The notes beneath the pieces are model-generated. The model saw only the letters and a program-made list of their open reading frames with translations, searched no databases and had not been told where the DNA came from. A stretch of 64,000 nt of DNA from Patescibacteria group bacterium (lineage in GTDB: Bacteria > Acidobacteriota > Aminicenantia > UBA2199): assembly GCA_035528155.1 (NCBI GenBank), contig DATKZA010000001.1, positions 3,444 through 67,443 on the forward strand, in the 5' to 3' direction. Every line of letters begins with the position of its first letter. Position 1 is the first letter of the stretch. A program made the translations under genes and the position numbers. This document shows positions 17,178 to 25,572 of this stretch, piece after piece.

Positions 17178-18368
17178 ATGAAAAAAATTCTCCCGGTTCT
17201 GGCAATTATTCTGGTCCTGCTATCCAGCCTACCGTTTCCCGACCATGCCTGCACCACGGCCGTCATCAGCCCCGGCGCTTCCAGTTCGGACCGGCCTCTG
17301 CTCTGGAAAAACCGCGACACCGATTTCCTGAACAACAAGGTCATCTTCGTCAGCGAAAGTCCCTTTTCCTACCTGGCCCTGGTCAATGCTGAAGACCGTT
17401 CCGGCCGCTGGGCCTACGCCGGTTTGAATTCAGAGGGATTCGCCATTTTCAACTCCGTGGCCTACAACCTGCCCGAAAGCAGCGGAGAGATGAAGGATAT
17501 GGAAGGGACCATCATGGCCGACGCCCTGCGCAAATGCTCGAGCGTGGCCGATTTCGAAAAATACATTCAGGAAAACCTTGGCCCCAGCCTGGGCAGCCTG
17601 GCCAACTTCGGAGTGTTGGACGCGCAAGGGGATGCAGCTTTGTTCGAGGTATCCAACCGCGCCTTTAAAAAATACACGGCAGCCGATTTTCCGGAAAAAT
17701 ATATCATTAACACCAACTTCGCCCGCAGCGGTGAAGCGGAAACCGGAGCCGGCTATCTCCGTTTCGAAAGGGCGAGTCAGCTGTTCGGCCAGATCCCTCC
17801 CGGGCAGATCTCGCCGTACCTGATCCTGGGCCGGATCAGCCGCGATACCGGGCATGCATTGGTGCAACAACCGGTATACTCGCAGTTCAAAGCTTTTTCC
17901 GCCAAGAAACCATTCTGGATCGCCACCCGCGACACCATCGACCGCGAATCCACTTCGGCCGCCGTGGTCGTCTGCGGCCGGAAACCCGGTCAAAAAAATT
18001 CCCTGGCCACCCTCTGGGTCATGCTGGGTGAACCCCTGTTCACCATAGCCATTCCCATATGGGTGGAAGCGGGCGCGTCAGCCCTCCCACTGGCTCAGGG
18101 CGACAAGGCAGCCCTGTACCTGGAGTCGAAACGCCTGAAAAAAATAGCCCGTCCCCATCCTGAAAGTGACCGCCGTGAATACCTCGAGGCCACACGGCTG
18201 GACAATCGTGAGAGCACAGGCTTCTTGCCGGGCCTGCTGGAAACCGAAAAGGAAATATTCGCTTCTACCGAGGAATTTTTAAAATTTCCGCACACTCCGG
18301 CCGAACTGGCCTCCTTTCAAGAGCAAATGGCTGAAAAAGCCCTGACCGCGTTGCGGGCAGTTCACTGA
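17178..18368 (+). CDS. secreted N-terminal-nucleophile hydrolase, choloylglycine hydrolase/penicillin V acylase-like (C59 family)
   Basis: Signal peptide ending ...DHA then CTTAV (Cys nucleophile) and WKNRDTD (conserved Arg/Asp); listed ORF begins at GTG 17172. Confidence 0.6.
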   Translation: MKKILPVLAIILVLLSSLPFPDHACTTAVISPGASSSDRPLLWKNRDTDFLNNKVIFVSESPFSYLALVNAEDRSGRWAYAGLNSEGFAIFNSVAYNLPESSGEMKDMEGTIMADALRKCSSVADFEKYIQENLGPSLGSLANFGVLDAQGDAALFEVSNRAFKKYTAADFPEKYIINTNFARSGEAETGAGYLRFERASQLFGQIPPGQISPYLILGRISRDTGHALVQQPVYSQFKAFSAKKPFWIATRDTIDRESTSAAVVVCGRKPGQKNSLATLWVMLGEPLFTIAIPIWVEAGASALPLAQGDKAALYLESKRLKKIARPHPESDRREYLEATRLDNRESTGFLPGLLETEKEIFASTEEFLKFPHTPAELASFQEQMAEKALTALRAVH

Positions 18369-19627
18369 GGCGGCGGCTTTCTTTTTCGGCGGCGGCGGTG
18401 ACGTTTGGTCCCAAAGAGCGGACGCGCGGGAAATGCCTGACGGAAAAGGTTTTCAAAGGACTCCCCCTCTTCGGGGGTGCGGTTCTGTTCGATCAGGAAG
18501 CACAGCCGGGAAGCCAGAGCGAACTGCAGCCGGCCGCGCAGGGACCAGCGCATGTTCCCGGTATGCAAAGCCCGGATCATTCTAGCGATCAGAGCCACGA
18601 CATCTATGACCTGGGCGCGCAGGCCTTTGGGCAGGGCCACTGCCATCTCGGCATTCATGAACGCCTTTTTCAGGACCGTGTAAGGATCAGGCGGCGCGCC
18701 GATCAGCAGTGATTCGGCCCAGGGCCAAAAAAGGAGCGCTGCCATTTCCGTCAGGCCCAGATCATGACGCAGTGATTTTTCATGATCGGAAATATCCAAA
18801 AGCGAGCATACCTTGTTAAACAATAAAGGATCGGTTTCGAACGCTTCGCCGATGCAGCCGAGAAGGGGGCGCAGGATCCCATGATCTCGCAAACCGCTGA
18901 TAACGTGCCGTGTCTGCGGGCCCAGCAGATCCTTGGAGAACTCCTCATACAGGCGGGCCGGGGAACAACCGGAAAGCAGATGCCGCTGGGCGCTGATCTC
19001 GCGCCCGAGGTCATCATCAATGGCAAACCCTAGGCGGGCCGCGTAGCGGATTACCCGCCAGATGCGCACGGGATCTTCGCGGAAACGTTCCCCGGCAACG
19101 CCGATGACGCGGATGCGGCGCGAGCGCAGGTCAGCCAAACCTCCGATATGATCGATAAGCGTTGCCGAAACCGGGTCGTAAAACAGTGCGTTGACGGTGA
19201 TATCGCGGCGCCAGGCATCCTGGGCGGGGGTACCGAAAGCGTATTGGGGAGCAGTGCCGGCCGTCAACAGACCCAAAGCATCGGGACCAGGGTCCCTGCG
19301 GAATGTCGCCACTTCGATGATCTTGCCGCAGTGAAAATGGATATGGGCCAAGCGGAAACGCCTCCCGATAATGAAGGCGTTGGTAAAATACTTCTTGACC
19401 TGTGCCGGGCGGGCGTCGGTGGCGATGTCGAAATCCTTGGGCTCTTTTCCCAGCAACATGTCGCGCACCGCGCCACCGGTCAGATAGGCGGTGAAACCCA
19501 GGCGGTTGAGTCGGAAAAGGATCTTGAGGGCGTCCGGATCGATATTCCGTCGCGAGATCGTGTGCTCGGACCTGCTCAGGACGACCGCTTCAGCCGGCTC
19601 CACCGGAGTGGTGTTTTTTTCAGCCAT
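18362..19627 (-). CDS. pcnB: poly(A) polymerase / CCA-adding tRNA nucleotidyltransferase family protein (PcnB-like)
   Basis: LTGGAVRDMLLGKEPKDFDIAT nucleotidyltransferase motif; 421 aa with basic C-terminus. Confidence 0.7.
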   Translation of the reverse strand: MAEKNTTPVEPAEAVVLSRSEHTISRRNIDPDALKILFRLNRLGFTAYLTGGAVRDMLLGKEPKDFDIATDARPAQVKKYFTNAFIIGRRFRLAHIHFHCGKIIEVATFRRDPGPDALGLLTAGTAPQYAFGTPAQDAWRRDITVNALFYDPVSATLIDHIGGLADLRSRRIRVIGVAGERFREDPVRIWRVIRYAARLGFAIDDDLGREISAQRHLLSGCSPARLYEEFSKDLLGPQTRHVISGLRDHGILRPLLGCIGEAFETDPLLFNKVCSLLDISDHEKSLRHDLGLTEMAALLFWPWAESLLIGAPPDPYTVLKKAFMNAEMAVALPKGLRAQVIDVVALIARMIRALHTGNMRWSLRGRLQFALASRLCFLIEQNRTPEEGESFENLFRQAFPARPLFGTKRHRRRRKRKPPPQ

Positions 19628-19636
19628 GGCCCGCGG

Positions 19637-20446
19637 CTAAAAAACGATGAGGCTGGCGTAACCGACCACTTCGTCCATTTCTCCCGTCACTGCCCCGGAA
19701 TGGGTATAGCAGACCAGCTCGGCCCGGGAGGCTCCGGCTGTGCGGGCGGCGCTGAGCATGATCACCGCCGGCGCCACTCCGCACATGGAGATGCGGTTGT
19801 CCGAGACGGTGTGGTACAATCCTTCGGCGTCGAGTTGCAGTACCTTTTCGATGGCTTTAAAATCAAGCTCCCGGGCTCTGGCCGCCGTAATATAATGGCT
19901 CATGTCGCTGGAAGCGACAATCATCAGGTTGCGGTTTTCTTTTAAAAAAACGGCGATTTCCTTACCTGCCGCCAGCAAGTCCTCAAGCCGGCAGGCGCTG
20001 ACAACGATGGGCAGGATGCGCGATCCGGGGCTGGCATAATGGATGAACGGCACCTGCACCTCCAGTGAGTGTTCCAGGCGGCCAGCTTCACTGTCCAGCT
20101 GGAACAAGCCGGAAACGCCCAGCAGGCGCGAGCGCAGTTCGGAATTGACCTCAACATTGCCCAGGGGTGTTTCCCAGTAATCATTGCCGTCCAACGCCAG
20201 GCCCGGCCCAACGCCGCGGTGGTTGACACCCAGGATGATGACGGTTTCGGTCAATTCCACGCGGCCGTAGCCCTGGCCGGCGCAAGCGCCCGAGTACATA
20301 TAACCGGCATGCGGGGCAAGCAGTCCCAGGACTTTCTGCCGGTTTTCAGCAGGCCGGACCATTTGCTGCAATTCAGTTTCCAGGATTTTTTTATCGGACG
20401 GATAAAATTTTCCAACTCCAGCCCAGGCGGTCTTGCGAAACATCAT
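19637..20446 (-). CDS. MEMO1-family protein (AmmeMemoRadiSam system protein B-like)
   Basis: LAPHAGYMYSGACAGQGY and GVNHRG motifs of the Memo-like family. Confidence 0.7.
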   Translation of the reverse strand: MMFRKTAWAGVGKFYPSDKKILETELQQMVRPAENRQKVLGLLAPHAGYMYSGACAGQGYGRVELTETVIILGVNHRGVGPGLALDGNDYWETPLGNVEVNSELRSRLLGVSGLFQLDSEAGRLEHSLEVQVPFIHYASPGSRILPIVVSACRLEDLLAAGKEIAVFLKENRNLMIVASSDMSHYITAARARELDFKAIEKVLQLDAEGLYHTVSDNRISMCGVAPAVIMLSAARTAGASRAELVCYTHSGAVTGEMDEVVGYASLIVF

Positions 20447-20461
20447 GCCATCCTCCTGCCT

Positions 20462-21739
20462 TTATTCAACAATGATCTGCCGGTTCTGCACCACGAGCTT
20501 CCCTGCCTTGAAAACGGTATGCACCGGATTGATGCCCAGGTGGTAGGCCAGATACTGGTAATCGGGGATATCCAGAAGCAGCAGGTCCAATTTCTTGCCC
20601 AGGGCCAGTGAACCGACCTGATGCTGCCGGTCGATGGCGTAGGCCGCGTTGATCGTGACCGCGTTCAAGGCCTGTTCAATGGTCAATCCCATTTGGAAAA
20701 CCGCCAAATGGAAAATCAACAGTTGCGAGGAGATCATAGAGCTCCCGGGGTTGAAATCTGTTCCCAGGGCCACGATGCCATCCGCAGCCAGAATTTTCTG
20801 GGCCGGCGCATAGCGTCCGAGTTTGAGAAAAAAGGAGACACCGGGCAGCAGCACGCAGGACGTCTTGGAAGCGGCAATTTTTGCGATTTCCTCATCGCTG
20901 ATGGCGATCAGATGCGCGGCGGAAATGGCACTGAGCCGGGCGGCCAATTCGGCGGCGCCGTTGGAAGTGAATTCGTCGGCATGCATTTTGATCTTGAAGC
21001 CCCGGGCTGCGGACTGGGTCAGGTAATATTCCGCTTCGGCATAAGAAAAATAACCGTCTTCGCAAAAAATATCCACGAAGTCGGCCAACTGTTTTTCCTG
21101 CACCTTGGGCAGGATATCCCCAAGCAGGTGATCGAGAAAATCCCTGCTTTTCCCCCGGAAAGCATCCGGGATCTCATGGGCGCCCATGAAGGTGGGAACA
21201 ATGGTCACGGGGTGCTGTTCGGCAACGGTTCGCAACGCCTGCAATTGCTTCAATTCGGTTTCCTGGTCCAGGCCGTAACCGCTTTTGGCTTCCAGGGTCG
21301 TCGTGCCGCAGAGCAGCATCTGGTCGAGCCGTTTCCGGCAAACGGCAACCAGGTCTTGAAGGCTGATGGCCCTGGTTTTGCTAACCGTACCCTTGATGCC
21401 GCCGCCGCGGTTGGCGATCTCCTGGTAGCTGACACCCTGCAGCTTCAGGCTGAACTCATCCTGGCGCGTACCGGCGAAAGGAAGATGGGTGTGGGGGTCC
21501 ACCAGCCCCGGCAATGCCACGCAGGCGCCGGCATCCAATTCCAGACCTCCTGGTTCCAGCTGGCAGTGACTGCGAAAATCGGTTTCGCAACCGATGAAGT
21601 TGATCATGCCATGTCGGGCCCCGATGCAAACATTTTCCTGAATGCGCAGGGAGCCGGACTCCTTGCCGCGCACCACGCGGTCGGAGCCGGGATTGACTAG
21701 TTGACTGATGTTGCGGATGACTACATCGACGGCGGTCAT
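20462..21739 (-). CDS. hutI: imidazolonepropionase-like amidohydrolase
   Basis: LVDPHTHLPFAGTRQDEF...SYQEIANRGGGI strongly HutI-like; no hutU/hutH nearby. Confidence 0.7.
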   Translation of the reverse strand: MTAVDVVIRNISQLVNPGSDRVVRGKESGSLRIQENVCIGARHGMINFIGCETDFRSHCQLEPGGLELDAGACVALPGLVDPHTHLPFAGTRQDEFSLKLQGVSYQEIANRGGGIKGTVSKTRAISLQDLVAVCRKRLDQMLLCGTTTLEAKSGYGLDQETELKQLQALRTVAEQHPVTIVPTFMGAHEIPDAFRGKSRDFLDHLLGDILPKVQEKQLADFVDIFCEDGYFSYAEAEYYLTQSAARGFKIKMHADEFTSNGAAELAARLSAISAAHLIAISDEEIAKIAASKTSCVLLPGVSFFLKLGRYAPAQKILAADGIVALGTDFNPGSSMISSQLLIFHLAVFQMGLTIEQALNAVTINAAYAIDRQHQVGSLALGKKLDLLLLDIPDYQYLAYHLGINPVHTVFKAGKLVVQNRQIIVE

Positions 21740-21890
21740 GATTCTTTTCCCTGAGTAAAATTGCCTGAATTCATGAAACCATTGTAAGGGATATTTTGTC
21801 GGATTTCAACAAACGAATCATTGAATTCAATTGTCAGCAATCTCCGCTATTTGACATTTTTTTCAATTGCCGCAAAAAAAAAAAAATAAG

Positions 21891-21930
21891 TTGACAAATC
21901 CGTATTACTGTATTATCATTGTGATACAGT
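21891..21930 (+). promoter_or_regulatory. TTGACA promoter element with overlapping palindrome ACTGTAT-N10-ATACAGT (putative GntR autoregulatory operator)
   Basis: TTGACA 21891-21896; inverted repeat 21907-21913 / 21924-21930 just upstream of the GntR gene; A13 tract at 21874-21886. Confidence 0.45.
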
Positions 21931-21952
21931 GAAAAACTTACTTTTATTTGAA

Positions 21953-22324
21953 ATGACTGTTGATTTTGCTTCGCCGCTGCCGGTATATGAGCAGATCAAA
22001 AAAAACATCAAGCAGGCCATCGCCCGCAATGTCATCCTGGAAAATCAGGCCTTGCCGTCCATTCGCGATCTGGCCCAGTTTCTCAAGATCAACCCAAATA
22101 CCGTGGCCAGGGCCTACCGCGACCTCTCCCAGGAAAAGATCATCAACGGTCGGGCCGGAGTGGGCTTCTGGGTCGAAAAGAGCGAACAGCTCGATTTAAA
22201 GAAAACCGACATGTTGCGTGAAGAGTTTTTCAAATTCACGGAAAAAGCGATTGAATTGGGGTTCTCGCGCCGGCAAATCAAGGACTTGCTCGACAGCTTT
22301 TTTCCGAAGGAGGATGCAAAATGA
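21953..22324 (+). CDS. GntR-family transcriptional regulator (short YtrA-like subfamily)
   Basis: HTH LPSIRDLAQFLKINPNTVARAYRDL; ~124 aa; listed ORF starts at GTG 21929 inside the palindrome, ATG 21953 preferred. Confidence 0.75.
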   Translation: MTVDFASPLPVYEQIKKNIKQAIARNVILENQALPSIRDLAQFLKINPNTVARAYRDLSQEKIINGRAGVGFWVEKSEQLDLKKTDMLREEFFKFTEKAIELGFSRRQIKDLLDSFFPKEDAK

Positions 22325-22947
22325 TGCAAGCCCAAATTTCAGGTGATTTTGTCCGGACAGCCAACGTCCGCGTGCGTTTCGACAGAACCTTGGCTGCCGA
22401 GATCCCGGATCTGGCGATCGAAAACGGAAAAAGAACTCTGCCGGCTTTCAAGGACAAGATATTCTACCTTTGTTTGGGATTCATGGGCAATGCCGCCGAT
22501 GCCCGCGACCTGACCCAGGACACTTTTGCCAAAGCACTGATCCATTATGACCATGACAATCCCGAATATGTACAGGCCTGGCTGATGCGCATCGCCCGCA
22601 ACATCTGCCTGGACCAACTGCGGCGCAGGAAAGTTCGCGGTCCTCAACAACCCGTTTCCGAGTTCACCGCCATTGACTGGAGGACACCGGAATTCAATGC
22701 CGGCACGGAAGAGGAGATACGCATCGTCAGGAAGGCGGTCGCCGGCTTGCCGCGCCGCCTGCGCGAGGTGCTGGTCATGCGCGAATATGGGGAGCTTTCC
22801 TACCAGGAAATCGGCCGCACACTTCACATCAGTACCGCCACGGTGACGTCACGCTTGAACCGGGCCCGCCAGGCCGTACTCCGTTTTTACCAGGAGGAAA
22901 ACAAAATGACAGAAGCCAGAACCCGGAGTGACCATGATCGCCATTGA
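22321..22947 (+). CDS. ECF-type RNA polymerase sigma factor (sigma-70 regions 2 and 4)
   Basis: Region 2 DLTQDTFAKA...WLMRIARN; region 4 YQEIGRTLHISTATVTSRLNRAR; start overlaps GntR stop. Confidence 0.75.
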   Translation: MMQAQISGDFVRTANVRVRFDRTLAAEIPDLAIENGKRTLPAFKDKIFYLCLGFMGNAADARDLTQDTFAKALIHYDHDNPEYVQAWLMRIARNICLDQLRRRKVRGPQQPVSEFTAIDWRTPEFNAGTEEEIRIVRKAVAGLPRRLREVLVMREYGELSYQEIGRTLHISTATVTSRLNRARQAVLRFYQEENKMTEARTRSDHDRH

Positions 22948-23755
22948 GAAGCTCAGTGTCCGTTTCGGCAAGGTCCGGGCGGTCGACGACCTGAGCCTGG
23001 CCATTGATAAGGGTGAAAGCATCCTGCTGGCCGGAGCCAACGGTGCGGGAAAAACGACCTTGCTCAGGACCCTGGCAGGTGTACTGCGCGCCCGGCCGGG
23101 TTCCATCCGTTACGACGGCCGCAAGGCGGACCATCGCACCCGTAAAAAGATCGCCTATATCCCGGCTTCCATCAGCCTGTACGACGGCATGACCGTGAAG
23201 GAAGCGGCGCGAATGCACGCCCATTTCTATGGTCGATCCGCAGCCTGGACCATCAACGGACCGACGTTCCTCCCGGGTCAAAAAATCGCCTCGATGTCCA
23301 AGGGAGAAAAAACCATCTTCTTTCTTTCGCTGGCCCTGGGCGCTGTTCCTGAATACCTTTTCGTCGACGACGTGGTCCACTTTCTCGACCCCCATCTGCG
23401 GGAAGTTTTTCTAACCTCCATCCTGAGACTCATTGAGGAAAAACAGCTCACCGTGATCATGGCCTCGCAATCGGCTTTTGAAATCGAGGGCATTCCCGAA
23501 CGGGTCATGGTCATGGAAAAGGGTAAGGTCATCCTCGATGAAAACGTGGACATGCTGAAGCAAAAGTTCGTCAAATTCTACGGAGAAAGCATTCCCGGCG
23601 ATATCCCGGTCGTATTTTCCAGGCAATGGCAAAACGCCAAGGAAATGTATGTGTACCCCTACCAGCCGGAGCTCCACCGCCTTGACAGCGTCGAGCACTT
23701 GAGCCTGACGGAAATTTTAAGGGCCTTCATAGGAGGCGAATATGCTCGCCACTGA
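22928..23755 (+). CDS. ABC transporter ATP-binding protein
   Basis: Walker A GANGAGKTT; ABC signature region; overlaps sigma gene end by ~20 nt. Confidence 0.8.
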   Translation: MTMIAIEKLSVRFGKVRAVDDLSLAIDKGESILLAGANGAGKTTLLRTLAGVLRARPGSIRYDGRKADHRTRKKIAYIPASISLYDGMTVKEAARMHAHFYGRSAAWTINGPTFLPGQKIASMSKGEKTIFFLSLALGAVPEYLFVDDVVHFLDPHLREVFLTSILRLIEEKQLTVIMASQSAFEIEGIPERVMVMEKGKVILDENVDMLKQKFVKFYGESIPGDIPVVFSRQWQNAKEMYVYPYQPELHRLDSVEHLSLTEILRAFIGGEYARH

Positions 23756-25370
23756 AACCAAGCGCATTTTCAAGGACGGCGTGATCATTTTCATGGTTTT
23801 GGCCGCTATTTTTGCAGGCATCGTCGCCAGCGATCAAGATGTCTATCTGGCCCCGGCCCTGGAAATTTTCCTGCTGCTTTACGCCTCCTTCACGGGCTGG
23901 TCGATGTTCGAAAGGGAGCGGCAGGAAAACGCCGGCGAATACATGCTGTCGCTGCCGTTGTCCCGCAGCCGCCTGCTGCTGCTGAAATTCCTGCCGCGCC
24001 TGCTGAGTGTGTCACTGACTTTTTTGATCTACCTGCGCCTGCACCAGTCCTGGCAACTTCCATCCTTCCTTTCCCCATTCGATTTTTCCCTTTTATACGC
24101 CGGATTTTTTCTGCTTTCGATCGCCTTTTCCATAAGCTTCAAGAACTTCATCAGCGCTTTCTTCATCACCTGCCTGCTGTCGATCGGCCAGATCCTCCTG
24201 ATCAAACTCCTGGACAACAGCCGGGAGATCGGCCAGATCATCTTGCAGGCCAACTTGACCGTTTTGGTCTTCCCCCTCTTTTTCTTTTTTCTTTTTCAGC
24301 GCTATGACATCAAGCCGGTCTCAACCTTCAACAAAAAATTCTTTCCCGGCCTGTTGGCCGCGACCGGCCTGATCGCCGGCTTCATTTTTTACCAGGCTCC
24401 GGCCAACTGGAAGAATCTTACCCTCACCCCAACGGGACTGATCCTTAAAAATTCCTGCGTCCGCAGCGAAATCACCCTGGAGCGGGGACGGAAACGTATT
24501 CCGGGCTGCCTGACCATGCTGCGGGAAAGCGAGGACGGAAACACCCTGTATTGCATGACGCGAAAACTGGACGTCAATAGCCGCTGCATCGAAACGAGCA
24601 TTGTCGCACTCGACCTGAAAACAGGCGATTTGCAAACTCTTTACCGGATCCCGCCGGGCTGGACCATTTACGAAGGACATTACGGAGAATTCGGCAGCAT
24701 TCGCAACGGTACATATTCCCTTTTCCTGCAAAAACCGAAGTCAAAAAAAGCCATGATTCTCGAGATTGACGCCGGGAAAGTCAAGACATTTCCGATCAGG
24801 GGCGATTTTTACGATTCGCGGATCAGCTATGTTTTGCATTTGGCCGGCGAACCCCGTCAACTTGTCATTTTTAGCGAGCCGCGCCTTTACCGCCTGCATG
24901 TTTCCGGCCAGGTGGAAGAGCTCGCCAAGACAAATTCTCTGGACGTCTGGCAAGACAAAATTCTCCTGTTCGAATCCTCGGGTGTGAATCTCTACCGCGT
25001 CGGGGAACAACTGATCCCGCTGCTGCAAAGGAAGGGGAACTACAAAAAAAGCCCGCGCCGGCTCGGCGGCTACGAATCCCCTGGCGTGATTTATCGTACG
25101 GACCGCAGCTACTTCTGGCTGGACATGAAACAGCAGAAAGAGGAAAAATTGGAACTGAAATCTCCGCCATACACCTACCAGCAGAGCGGGGATCATTTCT
25201 ACGTGGTCTTTGTCAACGGCACCGTTTTCACCATCAGGGATATGCGGACCGGAAAGCAGAACGAGATGGTATGGGATCCCGGTTTCAAGCCTGCCGCCAT
25301 CCGCATCTCTCCTTTCGGGATGCTGGTCTTCAGGGATCAAAAATACAAGGTATATCCATTTAAAAATTAA
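23742..25370 (+). CDS. ABC-2-type permease with ~280-aa C-terminal extracytoplasmic domain
   Basis: Six predicted TM helices in the first ~260 aa, then a beta-rich soluble domain; overlaps ATPase stop. Confidence 0.6.
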   Translation: MLATETKRIFKDGVIIFMVLAAIFAGIVASDQDVYLAPALEIFLLLYASFTGWSMFERERQENAGEYMLSLPLSRSRLLLLKFLPRLLSVSLTFLIYLRLHQSWQLPSFLSPFDFSLLYAGFFLLSIAFSISFKNFISAFFITCLLSIGQILLIKLLDNSREIGQIILQANLTVLVFPLFFFFLFQRYDIKPVSTFNKKFFPGLLAATGLIAGFIFYQAPANWKNLTLTPTGLILKNSCVRSEITLERGRKRIPGCLTMLRESEDGNTLYCMTRKLDVNSRCIETSIVALDLKTGDLQTLYRIPPGWTIYEGHYGEFGSIRNGTYSLFLQKPKSKKAMILEIDAGKVKTFPIRGDFYDSRISYVLHLAGEPRQLVIFSEPRLYRLHVSGQVEELAKTNSLDVWQDKILLFESSGVNLYRVGEQLIPLLQRKGNYKKSPRRLGGYESPGVIYRTDRSYFWLDMKQQKEEKLELKSPPYTYQQSGDHFYVVFVNGTVFTIRDMRTGKQNEMVWDPGFKPAAIRISPFGMLVFRDQKYKVYPFKN

Positions 25371-25572
25371 ATAAATCACATTTTAGAAAAGGAGGCCGAA
25401 ATTGAACGGAACAGGTGCAGGCAAAAATAGCGCGGCTGCCGATAATGAAAAGACGTTGGCATTGGCAAAGCATCAGGTGATTTTTAAGATGTCCCGGAAA
25501 GCAATGTCATAGCCGAATCAGAGTAAAGAAATAAAATTGAAAATTAAATATTTTTTAAAAAAGGAGAAAGAA

